From contig NC_087436.1 in NCBI RefSeq assembly GCF_036321535.1, forward strand, positions 37,450,001-37,514,000: a stretch of DNA of 64,000 nt, written 5' to 3'. A model generated the notes under the pieces. That model was not told the origin of the DNA. It was given only the letters and a program-made list of their open reading frames with translations, and searched no databases. This document shows, one piece after another, positions 12,458-25,200 of the stretch. The stretch is from Camelus dromedarius. Taxonomy: Eukaryota. The position numbers and the translations under genes were made by a program. Position 1 is the stretch's first letter. The number at the start of each line of letters is the position of its first letter.

Positions 12458-15400
12458 CAAACCACAGAAATGGAAAAAAGAACAGAAGGAAAACTGGAAA
12501 ACTTATGAATACAAGGAAATTAAACAGCAGTCTCCTGAACAACTAATGGATAAAGAAAGAAATTAAAGGCCAAATCAAGTATCTTGAGACAAGGCAACTT
12601 GCAAACACAACATACCAAAACTTATTGGATTCTGCAAAACTAGTTCTAAGAAGGAAGTTTATAGCTATAAGTACATACACAAGAAAATTGAAGGATCTCA
12701 AACAACATAACCTTAAACCTCAAGTAACTAGAAAAAGAACACACTATGTATAAAGCTATCAGAAGGAAAGAAATAATAAAGGTTATAGTAGAAATAAATA
12801 ACTTAGAGAATAGAAAAAGAAATAGAATTAACAAACTTGTCTTGCTTCTTTGAAAAGATATACATAACTGACAAACTTTTAACTAGACTAACCAACAAAA
12901 AAAAGACCCAAATCAACAAAATTATAAATAAAGGAGAAGATATGACAAGTGATACCACAGAAATACAAAGAATCATAAGAGACTACTACAAGCAATTATA
13001 TGCCAACAAACTGGACAACCCAGAAGAAATACATAAATTCTTAGAAATATCCAACCTACCAAGATTAAATCATGAGGAAATAGAAGATCTGAACAGACCA
13101 GTTTCAATTAAGGATATCAAATCAGGGATCAAAAACAAAATTCCAAGACCAGATGGCTTCACTGGTGAATTCTACCAAACATTAAAGAGAATTAATGCCA
13201 ATTTTTAAAAAATCTTCCAAAAAATAGAAGAGGAGGGATCACTTTCAAAAACACATTTTATGAAGCCAGAATTACCCTGATGCCAATACCAGACAAGGAA
13301 ACTACAAGAAAATTACAGACCAATCTCCCTGATAAGCATAGATATAAAAATCCTCAGTAAAATATAAGCAAACCAAATTTAGCAGCCCATTAAAAGGATT
13401 ATACACTATGATAAAGTGGAATTTACTCCAGGTATTCAAGTTCAGTTTAATATGTACAAATCAATTTGATACACCATACTAACAAATCAAGAGTAAAAAC
13501 CATATGATCATCTCAATAGATTTAGAGAAAAGCATTTGGCAAAATTAAACATTCATTTATGATAAAATCTCTCAATAAAATTAGTATAGAGGGAACAAAC
13601 CTCCAAAATAATAAAAGCCATATATGACAAGTCCACAGCTAACAAAATACTCAACAGTGAAAAGCTTAAAGTTATTTAAGATCATTAACAAGACAAGGAT
13701 GTCTCTCATCACTTTAATTCAACAGAATTGGGAGTCCTGGAAAGAGCAGCCAGGCAAAAACAAACAAAAAACAAAAGAAAGTAAAAAAGAAATAAAAGGC
13801 ATCCAAATAGATAAGGAAGAAGTAAAATTGTCCGAATTGGAGATGACATGATTTTATATATGGAAAATGCTGAAGACTCCACCAAAAAACCTGTTAGATC
13901 TAATAACAAATTCAGTAAAGTTGCAGGATACAAAAGTAACATGCAAAAATCGGTATTGTTTCTATACACCAATGATGAATATCTGAAAAAGAAATAAATG
14001 ATCACATTTACAATAGAATAAAAACAATAAAATACTTAGGAATAAATTAAACAAGAGATGAAAGATCTGTACACTGAAAGCGACAAGAATTTGATATAAG
14101 AAACTGAAGGCTCAAGTAAATGGAAAGATATCTCATGTTTGTGAATTGAAAGAATTAATATTGTTTAAATTTCCATACTACACAAAGCCATCTATAGATT
14201 TGATTCAATCCTTATTAAGATTCTAACAGCATTGTTTTTGTTTTTACAGAAGTAGAACAAACAATCCTAAAGTTTGTAAGTAACCACAAAAGACTGAATA
14301 GCCAAAGCCATTCTGAGAATGAAGAACAAAGCTGGAGACATACATTTGCTGAATTCAAACCATATTACAAAGCTAATCAAAACTGTATTGTACTGGCATA
14401 AAAATGGACACCGATCAATGGAACAGAATTGAATGCTAAGAAATGAACCCCAGCTTATACTGTTAACTAATACTTGACAAGGAAACCAAGAATACTCAGT
14501 AGAGAAAAGTCTCTTCAATAAATGGTGTTGTGAAAATTAAATATTCACATGTGAAAGACTGAAACCCACACCACTAACAAAAAATAACTCAAAATAAATT
14601 AAAGCCTTAAATGTTAGACTGGAAGCCATAAAACTCTTGGAGAAAAACATACAGAAAAAGTCTCCTGATGTGGGTCTTGACAGTGATTTTCTTGGATAGG
14701 ATACCTGAAGCACAAGCAAGAAAACAAACAAAAAACAAATAGAACTGTATCAAACTAAAAAGATTCTATACAGCAAAAGAAAAAATTCAGAAAATTAAAA
14801 GGAAACCTACAGAATGGGGGAGAATATTGACAAATCATATATATAAGGGGTTAATATTCAAGATACATAAAGAATAAATAAAACTCAATAGTAGAAAAAC
14901 AAGTAATCCCTTTTAAAAATGAGCAAAGGACTTGAATAGGCATTTTCCAAAGAAGATATTCAGACGGCCAGTAACATGAAAAGGTGCTTAACACTACTAA
15001 TCATCAGGGGAATGCAAATTAAAACCACAATTAGATATCACCTCACACCTGTCAGAATGGCCATCCTCAAAAAGACAATAGATAACAAATGAAGAAAGAA
15101 GTTAGAGAAGAGGGAACCCTTCTGCACTGTTGGAGGAAACATAAATTGGTGCAACCACTATGGAAAACAATTTTTTAACAAAAAATTAAAACTAGAACTA
15201 CCATATGATCCAGCACTTGCACTTCTGGGTATATGTCTGAAGAAAACGAAATCACTATGTTGAAGACATATCCACATCCCTATGTTTATTACAGAATTAT
15301 TCACAATAACCGAGACATGAAAACAATCTAAATTGTCCATGGATAGATGAATGGATAAAAATGTGTGTGTGTGGGTGTATGTACTGAGTACCATTCAGCC

Positions 15401-16611
15401 ATAAAATGAGGAAATCCTACCATTGGGGACAACATGGGTGGACCTGAGGGCATTATTCTAAGTGAAATAAGTCAAAGACAAATACTATATGACCAAATTT
15501 ATATGTAAAATCTAAAAGAACAGCAACAAAAACCAAACTGAAAAAAAAGAATTACAGATTTGTAGTCACCAGAGGTGGGGGTAAGGGGTAGGGGAATTTG
15601 ACTAAGGTGCTACAAACTTCCAGTTATAAGATAAATAAGTACTCAGATGTAATATACGACATGATGACTGCAGTTAACACTGCTGTATGGTGTATTTGAA
15701 AGTTGCTAATAGAATATCCTAAAAGTTCTCATTACATGGAAATTATTTTTTTTTTGTATCTATGTTAGATATTAGATGTAACTTGGTGTGGCAATTTTTT
15801 CACAATATATGTAAGTCAAACCATTATGCTGTACACCTTAAACTTACACAGCCCTGTATGTCAATTATATCCCAATAAAAATGGAATTAAAAATAAATTA
15901 GTGTACGGAAGTGGAGAATTGTGAAAAGGTAGAAGAGAGTAATAGAAATAAAAGACAGAGAAAGATCTGTTTTATATATAATTTGAGGCCTTATGTAGGA
16001 GAAAATACAATTAAAGAGAATATTTAAAACTATACTTAATGAAAACTTCTCTAACACACACCTATATCCTTAAATCTACTTGTTGGAAGGGCCCATGTTT
16101 CCACTAAATACCTGATACTATTGATTAGATCACAGATGTTCAATTCTAACTCACATTCTAATAAAACTGTTGGAGTTTAAAGATAATGGTGGAAGAGGGG
16201 AGAAGAACACTTAGTGCCCCCAGGCAAATAGAACAAGTTACTTAGAAATGAAAGAAATCAGTTTGGTGTAAGACTGTTTTTCAACAGCAACACTCTAGGC
16301 AAAAAATAAAGTCTATATCAAGGTCATTCAGGAAAAAAAGCTTTAAACATGCAGTAATTCAAGGATGTATTTTATCCACATTTCCTTTCTAGGGAATCAA
16401 TTAGAAGACAAATTTAAGAGCTGATCAAGGAGACTTCCATAAAAAACAGTGAACAATTAAGACTAAAACAAAGGTAGGAGAAAAGCATATAAATATATGC
16501 TTTGACAACTGAAAAGTGGAAGGAGGAAAAGAAGAGAAGATGTAATTAGCTCATGAATCGTCCTATAAATAGATACAAGTTACATTTATTATCTTTAAAA
16601 AATGTTCTTTA

Positions 16612-16850
16612 AGACAGACTGGGAGTTTGAAATTTGTAGATACTGACAGGCATATATACCATAGATAAACAAGATTTTACCGTATAGCACAGGGAAATAT
16701 ATACAAGATCTTGCAGTAGCTCACAGCGAAAAAAATGTGACAATGAATATACATATGTTCATGTATAACTGAAAAATTGTGCTCTACCCTGGAAATTAAT
16801 ACAACATTGTAAACTGACTATAACTCAATATAAATAAGTAAATAAAAAGT
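16612..16850 (+). mobile_element. 5'-truncated young L1 3' UTR
   Basis: Highly similar to the 3' UTRs of L1-D and L1-F (tatagcacagggaaatatatacaagatctt...gtgacaatgaatat...actataactcaata). Confidence 0.88.
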
Positions 16851-17679
16851 CAAATTTTTAATATTTTAATGGGAAAAAAAGACTAAATGTCTCAGTAAAA
16901 AGAAAAAAAAAGATGAGGGACTAGGGAATTAAATAAAAGTATTACAATAAAGAGCATCACTAAAAAATACACACCCTCCTAAATACCAAAAAGTTCATAT
17001 AAACAAGACAGCATTTAATAAAAGACACATAGTAAATATAACCTGAAATAACTGGAAAAATGTAGATAAAAATATTGGTCATATTAATAAATAAGTCATA
17101 TTAATAAATGCAAATGGATTTAATATACCTATTAAAATAAAAATAAGATTAGCTTAAAATAAAATCCAACTCTATGCCATATATAGGAGACAGTTAAAAA
17201 GTGTGAATCTGAAGTGATTCAGAAAGGCTAAAAGTAAAAGTAAAGGGATAGAAAATGTATCAGACAAATGCCAAGAAAAATAAAGCAAGGTTTACAGCCT
17301 TCAGATCTAAGTGGGTATAACTGAGACAAGTAACAGAGACAAAGGGTTTCATTTCAACACTGAAGCCTCTGATTTACAATGAAAACATTAAGTTATTTAA
17401 TAACTATACCTATGCACATATAACACAGAAGCAATCTACATAAAGCAGGAACTATATGAAGAAATAGAAATACCCTAAAAATTAGATATTATAACACTAC
17501 TCTTAGTCCAAGATAGGTCAAGTAGACAATAAGTAAAGATATAAGAGCTCTGATCACCACCATGAATAAAGGAGGTCTTATGATTATATGTAAAAGTCTG
17601 AAAAATAATAGAGAATATAGCTTTCTTCTCTACTGCACATGTACCACTTAGGTCACAAACGAAAACCTTGAGAAGTTTC

Positions 17680-18304
17680 TGTGGTAGATAGAGGGCCCCT
17701 CCATTCCCAAAAAGATGTCCATGCCTGATTCCCTAGAATCTATAAACATGTTACATTACATGGCAAAGGGAATCTGCAGAGGTGATTAAGGTTATAAACA
17801 TTAACATAGGGAAACTATCTTGGATTATTAAGTGGACCCAATATAACCACACGAGCCCTTAAAAGTAGAGAACTTTCTCCAGCTGGAGTCAGAAATGTGG
17901 CAGAAAGAGAAGTCAGAGAGATTCAAAGCAAGAGAGCAACATGACCTGCTACTGCTGGAAGGAGCTGCATGAAAAGCCTAAGGAACATGGGCAGCCTCTA
18001 GGAGCAAAGACTGGTCTTTTTCCTACAGCCAGCAAGGAAACAGGGGCCTCAGTCCTATAACCACATGGAATTGAAATCTGCCTACAACCAAAATAAACCT
18101 GGAAGCAGATTCTCTTCCAAAGTCTCTTGATAAAAGTCAGAGCTAGTTAGCACCTTAATTTCAGCCTTGTGAGACCTGAAGAAGAGAAATCTTTGAAGTC
18201 CATCTGGACTTCTGACCTACAGAACTGTGAAAAAATAAATTTGTCTTGTCTTAAGATGCTAAAATGATAGCACTTTGTGATAGCAGCAATAGTAAAATAC
18301 TACA
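17680..18304 (+). mobile_element. MaLR solo LTR, MLT1E/D-like
   Basis: TG...CA termini, 5-bp TSD gtttc (17675-79) / gttcc (18305-09), and diagnostic acattacatggcaaaggga, gccagcaaggaaacagggg and ttctgacctacagaactgtga. Confidence 0.85.
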
Positions 18305-19051
18305 GTTCCAAAAACCAGAAATGATACAAACAGGTTTTGATCACAAAATGCAGTAAGATTATTAACTAATAAAAATAAAATGCAAACAACTTTTGGGTCA
18401 AAGGCAAGCACATCCCAAATTGAAAATTTCTAAAACAAAATTAAAAATTAAAATTCTACATATCTTAATCCTTAAAACATTAATATGAATATTTATAGAA
18501 TTAGGGCGAGAGAATGGGCACCCAAGACCCCACTGTCCTGGAAGGATGATTGCCAAGATCTTTGTATTCCACAGCAAGGCAACTGGCTACCATAAGGCTA
18601 AACTGGAACACAGTTTGTGTGCATCCTGGTCTCAAAAAGGACTCTTGGGCATGAGTACCAGAGCACAAAGCTTCCAGAAGTGCTTCAAAGTACCACTGAG
18701 GTGCAGGCAGATCTATAGTAAGAAGCTGAGCTATAACCAAAACACTGCTAAAGAAGCACAGAATCCGATAACACAGATAAGCTTAGGAAGTGTCCTTCAA
18801 CCATAAGATGTAAAGCTAAGTAAATACAGGATTTAAGTCAGGAAATTAGGTATTTCTCAAACCTATGAGGGACTTTGTGCTGGATAATGAATAGAAACTT
18901 CTGCAGGAATCAGTGCTGTTGAAACATCCTGTCTAAATCTGAAATATAATCTTGAGGAAAGATGTGCACCATGCATAGCAAGAAGGCTGCAGAACTTTTG
19001 GGCCTGAGGCAGCTTATGGAGTCAGGACATAAGCATCTCAAGGTGGAATTT

Positions 19052-22000
19052 GGAGTGGCCAAGATGGTGGTGTAGGGACTCTGAGCTCATCTCCTCCCAT
19101 GGGCACATCTAAATTACAGCTCTATACAGAGAAACTATTTATGAGGAAAACTGGAAGACTAGAAGAAAGGATTTCCTACATCTAAAGATATAAAGAAGGA
19201 ACCATAATGAGATGGTAGAGGGGCAAAGATGCAGTATAGTCGAGACCCATACCCCCAGATGGGTGACCCACAAACGGGGGGATAATCACAATTGCAGAGA
19301 TTCTCCCCAAGGAGGAAGACATCTGAGCCCACACTGGGCTCCACAGCCCAGGATCCTGCACTGGAAAAATAAGCCCCCAAGAAGGTTTGGTTTTGAAGAC
19401 CAGTTGGACTCACATTCAGGAAACCCAAAGTGCTGTGGGAAACAGAGCCTCTACTCTTACTAAAGGGTACACACAGTATCTTATAAGATCTGGGACCCAG
19501 GACAGAAGCAGTAATTTTAAAGGAACCTGGATCAGACACACCAGATTGGGAGAGCCTTCTGAAGAGGCAGAAGGTAACTGGAGTTCACCCTGGGGACACA
19601 TATAGTAATAGCAGCCACTTTAGGGAGTTCATTCTACCATATGGACACTGGTGTTATTTTGAAATCCTCCCCTCTAGCTTATTAGCACTGGGACCTGGCC
19701 TCACTCACCAAACTGTAGGCATCAGTACTGGGACACTTTGGGCAAAGCAACTACCAGGTAGACACAACTCTATCTATGAGTAGGCCTGCTACTAAGACCC
19801 CCCTGAGCCCACATCACCCTGGGGCATTGCCCTGTCCACCAGAGGGTCCAGGACCCAGCCCTGCACACCAGTGAGCCTACACTAGCTCCTGGACCCTCTA
19901 GACCTTGGCCCTGCTACCAGAAGGCTGACACCAGCTTTGAGACCCCCCAGGGCTCTGCAGCCAGAGAACCCGGACCCAACTCCACTCACCAGTGGGCTGA
20001 CATTAGCTCCAGGACCCTCCCTCACTCAACAATGGGCAGGCACCAGCCCCAGGACCACCACTCTGGGCCCTGAACCTGCCCACTAGCAGACTGACACTAG
20101 CTCCAACAGACACCTTGGATCCCTTAGCCAGCTACCCTGAGATCCAGCCCCACTTACCAGCAAGCCGATACCAGCTTTGGGACACCACAGGCCCCACAGT
20201 CAGCAGTGTCAGACACAGTGTCAGGAACCAGCCCCATGCACATACAGACTGATTCTAGATCCAAGACCTCTGGCCCCACAACTACCCACCCAAGAAACCA
20301 CCTCTGCACATCAGTAGGCCAGCACTAGCCCCAGGACCCTCAAAGCTCTGTAGCAAGCAGCCTCATGACCTGGCCCCACCACCGGTGGCCAGCAGCCTCC
20401 CCACCAGGCAGGTCCTGACAACCAGGGGCCAGTCACACCTACCAGACTGCCCACAGTAGTCAGCCCACCATAAGAGAAGGACCCATGCAACCCAAATAGG
20501 GGACAGCACTAGAGCACCTAGCTCTGGTAACCAGAGGGTTGTGTGTTGCGAGGACACATAAGATGTCTCCTACAAAGGGCCACTTCTCTAAGCCAGGGAA
20601 ATATAATCAACCTACCAGACATATAGAAATAAAAACAGCAAATTAGGCAAAATGAGGCAACAGAGAAATATACTCCAAATGAAGAAACAAGATAAAACTC
20701 CAGGTGAACTAAGTGAAGTGGAGATAGGCAATCTACCCAATAAAGAGTTCAAGGTAATGATCATAAAGATGTTCAAAGAACTTGGGAGAAGATTGGAAAA
20801 ACAGAGTGAAAAGTTACATTTTTTAAAGCTAGAAAATATAAAGAACCAAATTGAGATGGAAAATGCAATAACTAAAATGAAAATATACTGAAAGGTATCA
20901 ACAGTAGATTAGATAATACAGAGGAGTGGATCAGTGAGCCAGAAGACAAAGAGGTGAAAATCGCTGAAGCTGAACAGAAAAAAAATAAATAAATAAAAAA
21001 TAAAAAGGAATAAGAACAATTTAAGAGAAGCTCTGAGACAACATTAAGCATACAAACATTCACGTTAAAGGGGTCCCAGAAGCAGAAGAAAGAAAGGGGC
21101 AGGGAACATATTTGAATACATAACAGCTAAAAATTTCCCTAACCTGGGAAAGCAAAGTACAGAGGAATATCTATTAGGCTATCAGCAAATTTTCAGCAGA
21201 AACTCTACAGGCCAGCATAAGGGAGTTAAATGATATAGTCAAAGTGTTGAAACGTAAAACTTTCCAGCCCCAAATACTCTACCCAGCAAAGTTATCCTTC
21301 TGGTATGAAAAGGCAATAAGGCTTTCCCAGACAAACAAAAGCTGAGAGAATTTACTACCACTACACCTGACTTACAAGAAATGCTGAAAGGAGTTTTTCA
21401 TGCTGAAATAAAGACACTGTAATCAGTAACATGAAAACATACGAAAGTACACAACACTTGAGTAAAAGTGAAAAACAGACAGAATTAGAAAACTGTAACT
21501 ATTTTAGAATGCTGTACTAGCTGCTTAGTTACAATATAAAGGTTAAAGGAAAAGAGAATAAAATAAATATAGCTACTATAATTTGTTAACAAATACACAA
21601 AATAAAAGAGATAAATTGTGATATCAAAATATAAAAGGGGAAGAGTTAAATGGTGGTTTTACAAGCAAATAAAGATGTGGCTGTCAGCATAAAATTGACT
21701 ATTTTATCTATGAGATATTTTATGTAAGCCTCACAGGAACCACAAAGCAAAAATCTAGAACAGACTCATGAAACATTGAAAAAAGGAAACTGAGGATACC
21801 ATCATAGAAAAACACCAATTTACAAGGTAGGCAGAAACAGAGGGGAAAAAAAACAGTGGAAATACAAGACACATAGACAAATACAAGTAAACAACAAGAT
21901 GGCAGTAGTAAGTACTCATATGTCAATAATCACTCTAAATGTAATTGGGTTGATTCACCAATCAAAAGGCACAGAATGGCTGACTAAACAAAAAAAGACC

Positions 22001-22230
22001 AAACTACATGATGCCTACAGAAGTCAATTCTAAAGATACACATAGGCTCAAAGTGAAGGGATGAAAAACAATACTTCAGATAAGTGGAAATTAAAAATGG
22101 TTATGGGGATAGACATACTTATTTCAGATGAAGGACTTTAAGCCAAAAATAGTAAGAAGAGACCAAAAATGTCATTATATAATGACAAAAAGATCAATAC
22201 ATCAAGAAGTTTTAACAATCGATTATGTGA
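19052..22230 (+). mobile_element. L1-C: 5' UTR, ORF1 and start of ORF2 of a decayed LINE-1, cut off by L1-D
   Basis: ccaagatggtggtgtaggg 5' end, repeat-containing 5' UTR, ORF1 ATG at 20652 (MRQQRNILQMK), ORF2 start at about 21899, and truncation inside the endonuclease domain. Confidence 0.88.
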
Positions 22231-22232
22231 CT

Positions 22233-25200
22233 GAGAGGCCAAGATGGCGGGGTAGAAGGATGCTGGTAGCTCACCCTCTCCCATAAATGCACCAAGATTC
22301 ACATCCACAGACCCACTCAGCCAACCAGAGCACCTGTGGAACTCCAACAGAACATCGTCCTCTTCAAAAGATAGAGATGCCAAAAATCTGGTAGGAGAAA
22401 AGGAAAAAAGAAAGAAGAAAAGGCAAAGCACAGCGGGATGGGTCCCACGGGGAGGGAGCAGCAAAGGAGGACTAGCGCTCCTTCGCTGGGTCTCCTCCCT
22501 CCAACCAAGAGGCCAGCAGGACGGAGGGGGAGCCTCCAAGGCTCGGATCTGTACAGAGCAGCCCTTGACTGACAGAACTATGTTAAACAGGCACAGAGGG
22601 ATTTCAAAAAAGGAGTGATCAAAGTCCTGAAGGAATTAAAAGAGATAGTGTTTAGAGATATAAAATACGTCAAAAATGAAATTGAAGCTATAAAGAAGAG
22701 CCAAGTAGAATGGGTAAACTCATTGACTGAGATGAGGAATGATCTAAAAGCTGTGCAAAGCAGACTAGATAATGCAGAGGAATGAATTAGTGACCTAGAA
22801 GACAGGACAATAGAAAGCACCCAATCAGAAGAGCTACAAGAGAAACAGATACAAAATAATGAAAATAGCATAAGGGACCTATGGGATAATATAAAGTGTG
22901 CCAATCTTTGCATAATAGGGGTCCCAGAAGGGGAAGAAAGATCAAAGGGGATTGAAAAGGTTTTTGAAGAAATCATGACTGAAAACTTCCCAAACTTAAA
23001 GAAGGAATCAGATATCAGGGTCCCAAACAGGAGGAACCCAAATAGACCCACACCAAGACATATCATAATCAAGATGGCCAGAGTCAAGGATAAAGAAATT
23101 ATTCTAAAGGCAGCAAGAGAAAAGCAAAGAGTAAGTTACAAGGGAACCCCCATAAGGCTCTCAGCTGATTTCTCTACACAAACACTACAGGCCAGAAGGA
23201 GTGGCAAGATATATTCAAAGCCCTGAATGAAAAAAAGATGCAGCCTAGGATACTTTATCCAGCAAGGCTATCCTTTAGGATAGAAGGAGAGATAAAGAAT
23301 TTCACAGACAAGAAAAAGCTGCAGGAGTTTAGCAACACTAAACCCATGCTAAAAGAAATATTGAAAGGGCTATTCTAAATAGAAAAGCAGCAGGATGCTA
23401 CAGAAATGAGAAACTCACAACTGGAAAGGTGATAACTCATGAATTACAAATAAAATAAACACGAAATTATAAAAGAAGACATACAAATCATTGAGAGTGG
23501 GAGAGGGAGGCAGGGAAATATAGAATATATTTTTTTCTTTCTTTTTAAAATTTTTTTTTCTCAGTAGGATGGGTTTGAGATCATGTTACTATCAGTTTAA
23601 TAAAAACAGTTATAGTAATGGGCTAATAGATTTACGAAAAAGGGTAACCACAAGCCAAAAACTTACAAGGGAGTCACAAAAACTAAATAAAATCCATGAT
23701 AATACAAAGGAAAATTACCAGACCACAAAAGGAAGAAGAAAGGAACAAAGAGGAAATACCAAATCAACTGCAAAGAGAAGTTCAAAATGGCAATAAACAC
23801 ACACCTATCATTAATTACTGTAAATGTTAATGGACTAAATGCTCCAGTCAAAAGACAGAGTGGCAGACTGGAAAATAAAGCAAGAACCTTCAATATGCTG
23901 CATACAAGAGACCCACTTTAGGGAGAAGAACACATATAGATTGAGAGTGAAAGGATGGAAAAGGATATTCCATGCAAATGGAAAAGCCAAAAAAGCGGGT
24001 GTTGCAGTACTGATTTCAGACAAACTAGACTTTAAAACAAAGGCCATAAAGAAAGATAAAGGACATTTTATAATGATTAAAGGAGTGATACAAGATGAGG
24101 ATATTACACTCGTTAATATATATCCACCCAATATATGAGCACCTAAGTACATAGAACAATTACTAACAGAGATAAAGGGGGATTTTGATGGGAATACAAT
24201 CATAGTTGGAGATTTTAACACTGCATTAACATCACTAGACAGATCTTCCAGACAGAATATAAGGCAAAAGAGAAATTATATAATACAATAGAAAAATTAG
24301 ATTTGGATATTTTCAGAGCATTATACCCCCCAAAAACAGGACATACATTCTTTTCAAGTGCACATAGAACATTTTCCAGGATTGATCATGCACTTAGGCA
24401 CAAAAGAAACCTCAACAATTTTAAGAAGACAGAAGTCATCTCAAGCATCTTTACTGACCACAATGCCATGAAACTAGAAATCAACAACAGAGAAACAAAG
24501 GAGAAAAAAAGGAAAGCATGGAGATTAAACAATATGTTATTGAAAAAACAATGGGTCAATGAGGAAATCAAAGCTGAAATTAAAAAATACCTTGAGACAA
24601 ATGACAATGAAAGCACAACCAGTCAAAATCTATGGGACACAGAAAAGGCATTGCTAAGAGGGAAGTTTATAGTGATACAGGCCTTCCTGAAAAAAAGAAC
24701 AAACTCAAATAAACAATTTAACCCACCAGCTGAATGAATTAGAAAAAGAACAAAAAGCCCCAAAAGGCAGCAGAAGGAAGGAAATTATAAAGATCAGGGA
24801 GGAAATAAATACAATAGAGATTAACAAGACCATAGAAAAAAATCAACCAAACCAAAAGCTGGTTTTCGAAAAAATTAAATCGAAAAACCTCTGGAAAAAC
24901 TCACAAAGAAGAAAAAAGAGAGAGCACAAATTAGTAAAATAAGAAAGGAAAATAGAGAAATTACAACAAATAAAATAGAAATACAGAGTATCATACAAGA
25001 ATATTATGAAAAACTATATGGAACCAAACTGGATAACCTAGAGGAGATGGACAAGTTTCTGGAAACATACTGTCCACCAAGACTGAATCAAGAAGAAACT
25101 GACCACTTAAACAAACCAATCACTAGAAATGAAATAGAAATAGCAATTAAAAACCTCCCTACAAATAAAAGTCCAGGACTGGACGGCTTCACTGGGGAAT

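Larger units (their letters stand above)
3900..15895 (+). mobile_element. L1-A: older LINE-1 (ORF1 end, ORF2, 3' UTR), split by nested L1-B at about 5400-12480
   Basis: Endonuclease-coding sequence from about 4696 breaks at about 5395 (...tctgaccataatgtcatgaaatcaataac). It resumes collinearly at about 12481 (aacagaaggaaaactggaaa) and continues through RT (ORF 12837-13208) to an L1MA-type 3' end with aataaa near 15874. The 5' boundary is uncertain. Confidence 0.85.
15900..18480 (+). mobile_element. Very old, degraded L1 (ORF1 end / ORF2 endonuclease region) hosting younger insertions
   Basis: Degenerate endonuclease motifs such as aataaatgcaaatggatttaat and atccaactctatgccatatataggagac. Confidence 0.55.

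Noticed and set aside
19830..20450. CRISPR-like repeat-spacer array
   Set aside because: Eukaryotic L1 5' UTR with degenerate, irregularly spaced repeats and no cas genes.
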